Assembly (NCBI GenBank): GCA_003426165.1
Contig: QUAH01000007.1
Coordinates: 43,276 to 107,275 of the forward strand
Length of the DNA stretch: 64,000 nucleotides
Direction: 5' to 3'
DNA from: Candidatus Saccharicenans subterraneus
Lineage (GTDB): Bacteria > Acidobacteriota > Aminicenantia > Aminicenantales > Saccharicenantaceae
Under the pieces are notes generated by a model, which worked only from the letters and a program-made list of their open reading frames with translations, was not told the origin of the DNA and made no database searches. The translations under genes and the position numbers were made by a program. Positions 62,828 to 64,000 of this stretch are shown here, one piece after another. The stretch's first letter is position 1. Every line of letters starts with the position of its first letter.

Positions 62828-64000
62828 ATGGCTGATACCAAAAAATACTTCGGCTATACCGGAAAATGGGCCTTTATAGATTTGAGTTCAGGCCGGGTGG
62901 AAATTAAGGAAGCCCCGGCTCACCTCTACCGCCTTTACCTTGGCGGCCGGGGTGTCCAGGCTTACCTGATTTACCGGCACCTGAAAGAAAAAGGCTGGCT
63001 GAAAGACCCCCTGTCCCCGGCCAACCGCCTGGTCATCGGAAATTCTTCCCTGAACGATACGGCCATACCGACGGCCGGCCGTGGCTCCTGTTCTTTTATC
63101 AGCCCCTTCACCTATTCGCCGGCCCGGAAGGAGTGGCTGGGCAACCGGCCACCTGTATTTGGCCTGCTGACCCACTCCAGCTGCGGCGGACTTTTTCCCA
63201 ACATGTTGAAAAGAGCCGGGTTTGACCAGCTCATCATCGACGGCCGGGCCGATAAGCCTGTCCGCCTCCTGGTCTCGGAAGGCCAGGTGCAGGTGCTGGA
63301 GGCCGAGCCCGAGCTGTTTGAGGAAGTTAACGGCCGGCAGGTGCTGCGCCGGGCCTCGGAAACTACAGATTTCCTGGGCCGTAAACATCCCGGGTCCTCC
63401 ACCGTCTGCGCCGGGCCGGCCGGCTGGAACCAGGTGGCCTTCGCCTGCCTGACCAACGATTACCACCGAAACTTCGGGCGCGGCGGGGCCGGGGCGGTTT
63501 TTGGCTCCAAGAACCTGGTGGCCATCACTGCTTACGGAAAGAAACTGCCAGAATTCTTCGACCGGGAGAAATTTCTGGAAAAGTCGAAAACGATAGACGA
63601 GGCGGTCAACAGCCATGTTCACGACCCCAACTGGACTGCTTCCTTCCGTCCTGAAACCGGGACCACCTGGTGGCTGGACCGGGCCTTTAACGGCGGCTAC
63701 CTGGGGAAGAAGGGTGGATACCTGCCCTGGCATAACTTTGACGAGGGCCACTTTGACCCGGAACTGTACCGAAGGGTTTCCACCGGGGCTTTCCTGGAAA
63801 TTGCCGGGAAACATAAAGTCTGCAACCGCTGCCGCCATATCATGTGTACCCGCAGCGCAGCCGTCTACGGCGGAGCTTATGCCCACGAGGGGGTGCGCCC
63901 GGAATTCGAAACCATCGCCCTGTGGATAAACTGCTGCCTGACCGACCGGGACGGCATTTTCTACCTGAACCATCTCTGCAACGAGTACGGCGTGGACACC
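62828..64000 (+). CDS. Aldehyde:ferredoxin oxidoreductase (AOR, W/Mo-pterin) family, truncated at the right edge
   Basis: Manual translation: MADTKKYFGYTGKWAFIDLSSG...YLGGRG...DPLSPANRLVIG...SSCGGLFPNMLKRAGFDQLIIDGRADKPV...FGRGGAGAVFGSKNLVAI...RPEFETI...NHLCNEYGVDT. Confidence 0.9.
   Translation, partial: MADTKKYFGYTGKWAFIDLSSGRVEIKEAPAHLYRLYLGGRGVQAYLIYRHLKEKGWLKDPLSPANRLVIGNSSLNDTAIPTAGRGSCSFISPFTYSPARKEWLGNRPPVFGLLTHSSCGGLFPNMLKRAGFDQLIIDGRADKPVRLLVSEGQVQVLEAEPELFEEVNGRQVLRRASETTDFLGRKHPGSSTVCAGPAGWNQVAFACLTNDYHRNFGRGGAGAVFGSKNLVAITAYGKKLPEFFDREKFLEKSKTIDEAVNSHVHDPNWTASFRPETGTTWWLDRAFNGGYLGKKGGYLPWHNFDEGHFDPELYRRVSTGAFLEIAGKHKVCNRCRHIMCTRSAAVYGGAYAHEGVRPEFETIALWINCCLTDRDGIFYLNHLCNEYGVDT

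Noticed and set aside
62888-63973. 361-aa minus-strand ORF as a gene
   Set aside because: Antisense shadow of the plus-strand AOR gene, which the ORF track missed because it runs off the window edge.

Overview
A GC-rich bacterial chromosomal window from an anaerobic, two-membrane organism (flavodiiron protein, bacterioferritin, AOR-family oxidoreductase, outer-membrane barrels). The gene style suggests Candidatus Aminicenantes/Acidobacteriota, but that is inference only. About 50 CDSs are supported, mostly housekeeping and signalling: pyrB, pyrE, thiM/E/L, truD, ispD, bfr, mscL, two diguanylate cyclases and two HisKA_2 kinases. A fluoride (crcB) riboswitch and a TPP riboswitch are clearly recognisable. 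No rRNA, tRNA or CRISPR array was found. Two loci stand out. (1) At 1-11.3 kb, an AT-rich REP-associated tyrosine transposase (RAYT) sits among 12 palindromes of GGGGACAC-N6-GTGTCCCC, mostly in doublets that occupy the non-divergent intergenic gaps, giving an array of REP-bounded single genes. (2) At 55.2-62.6 kb, a sigma-54 activator with a degenerate receiver domain precedes two -24/-12 promoters and a non-canonical chaperone-usher-like surface-fibre operon: four paralogous subunits whose mature parts lack Cys, a PapD/DUF916-like chaperone, and a beta-barrel ending in SdrD-B-like domains. Further oddities: a Maf-RlmD fusion, a PhoD-like protein that appears to have lost its metal ligands, an alternating cytidylyltransferase/CDP-alcohol phosphotransferase cluster, and several normally cytoplasmic enzymes carrying signal peptides. 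All family assignments come from motif recognition by eye; no database search was run.
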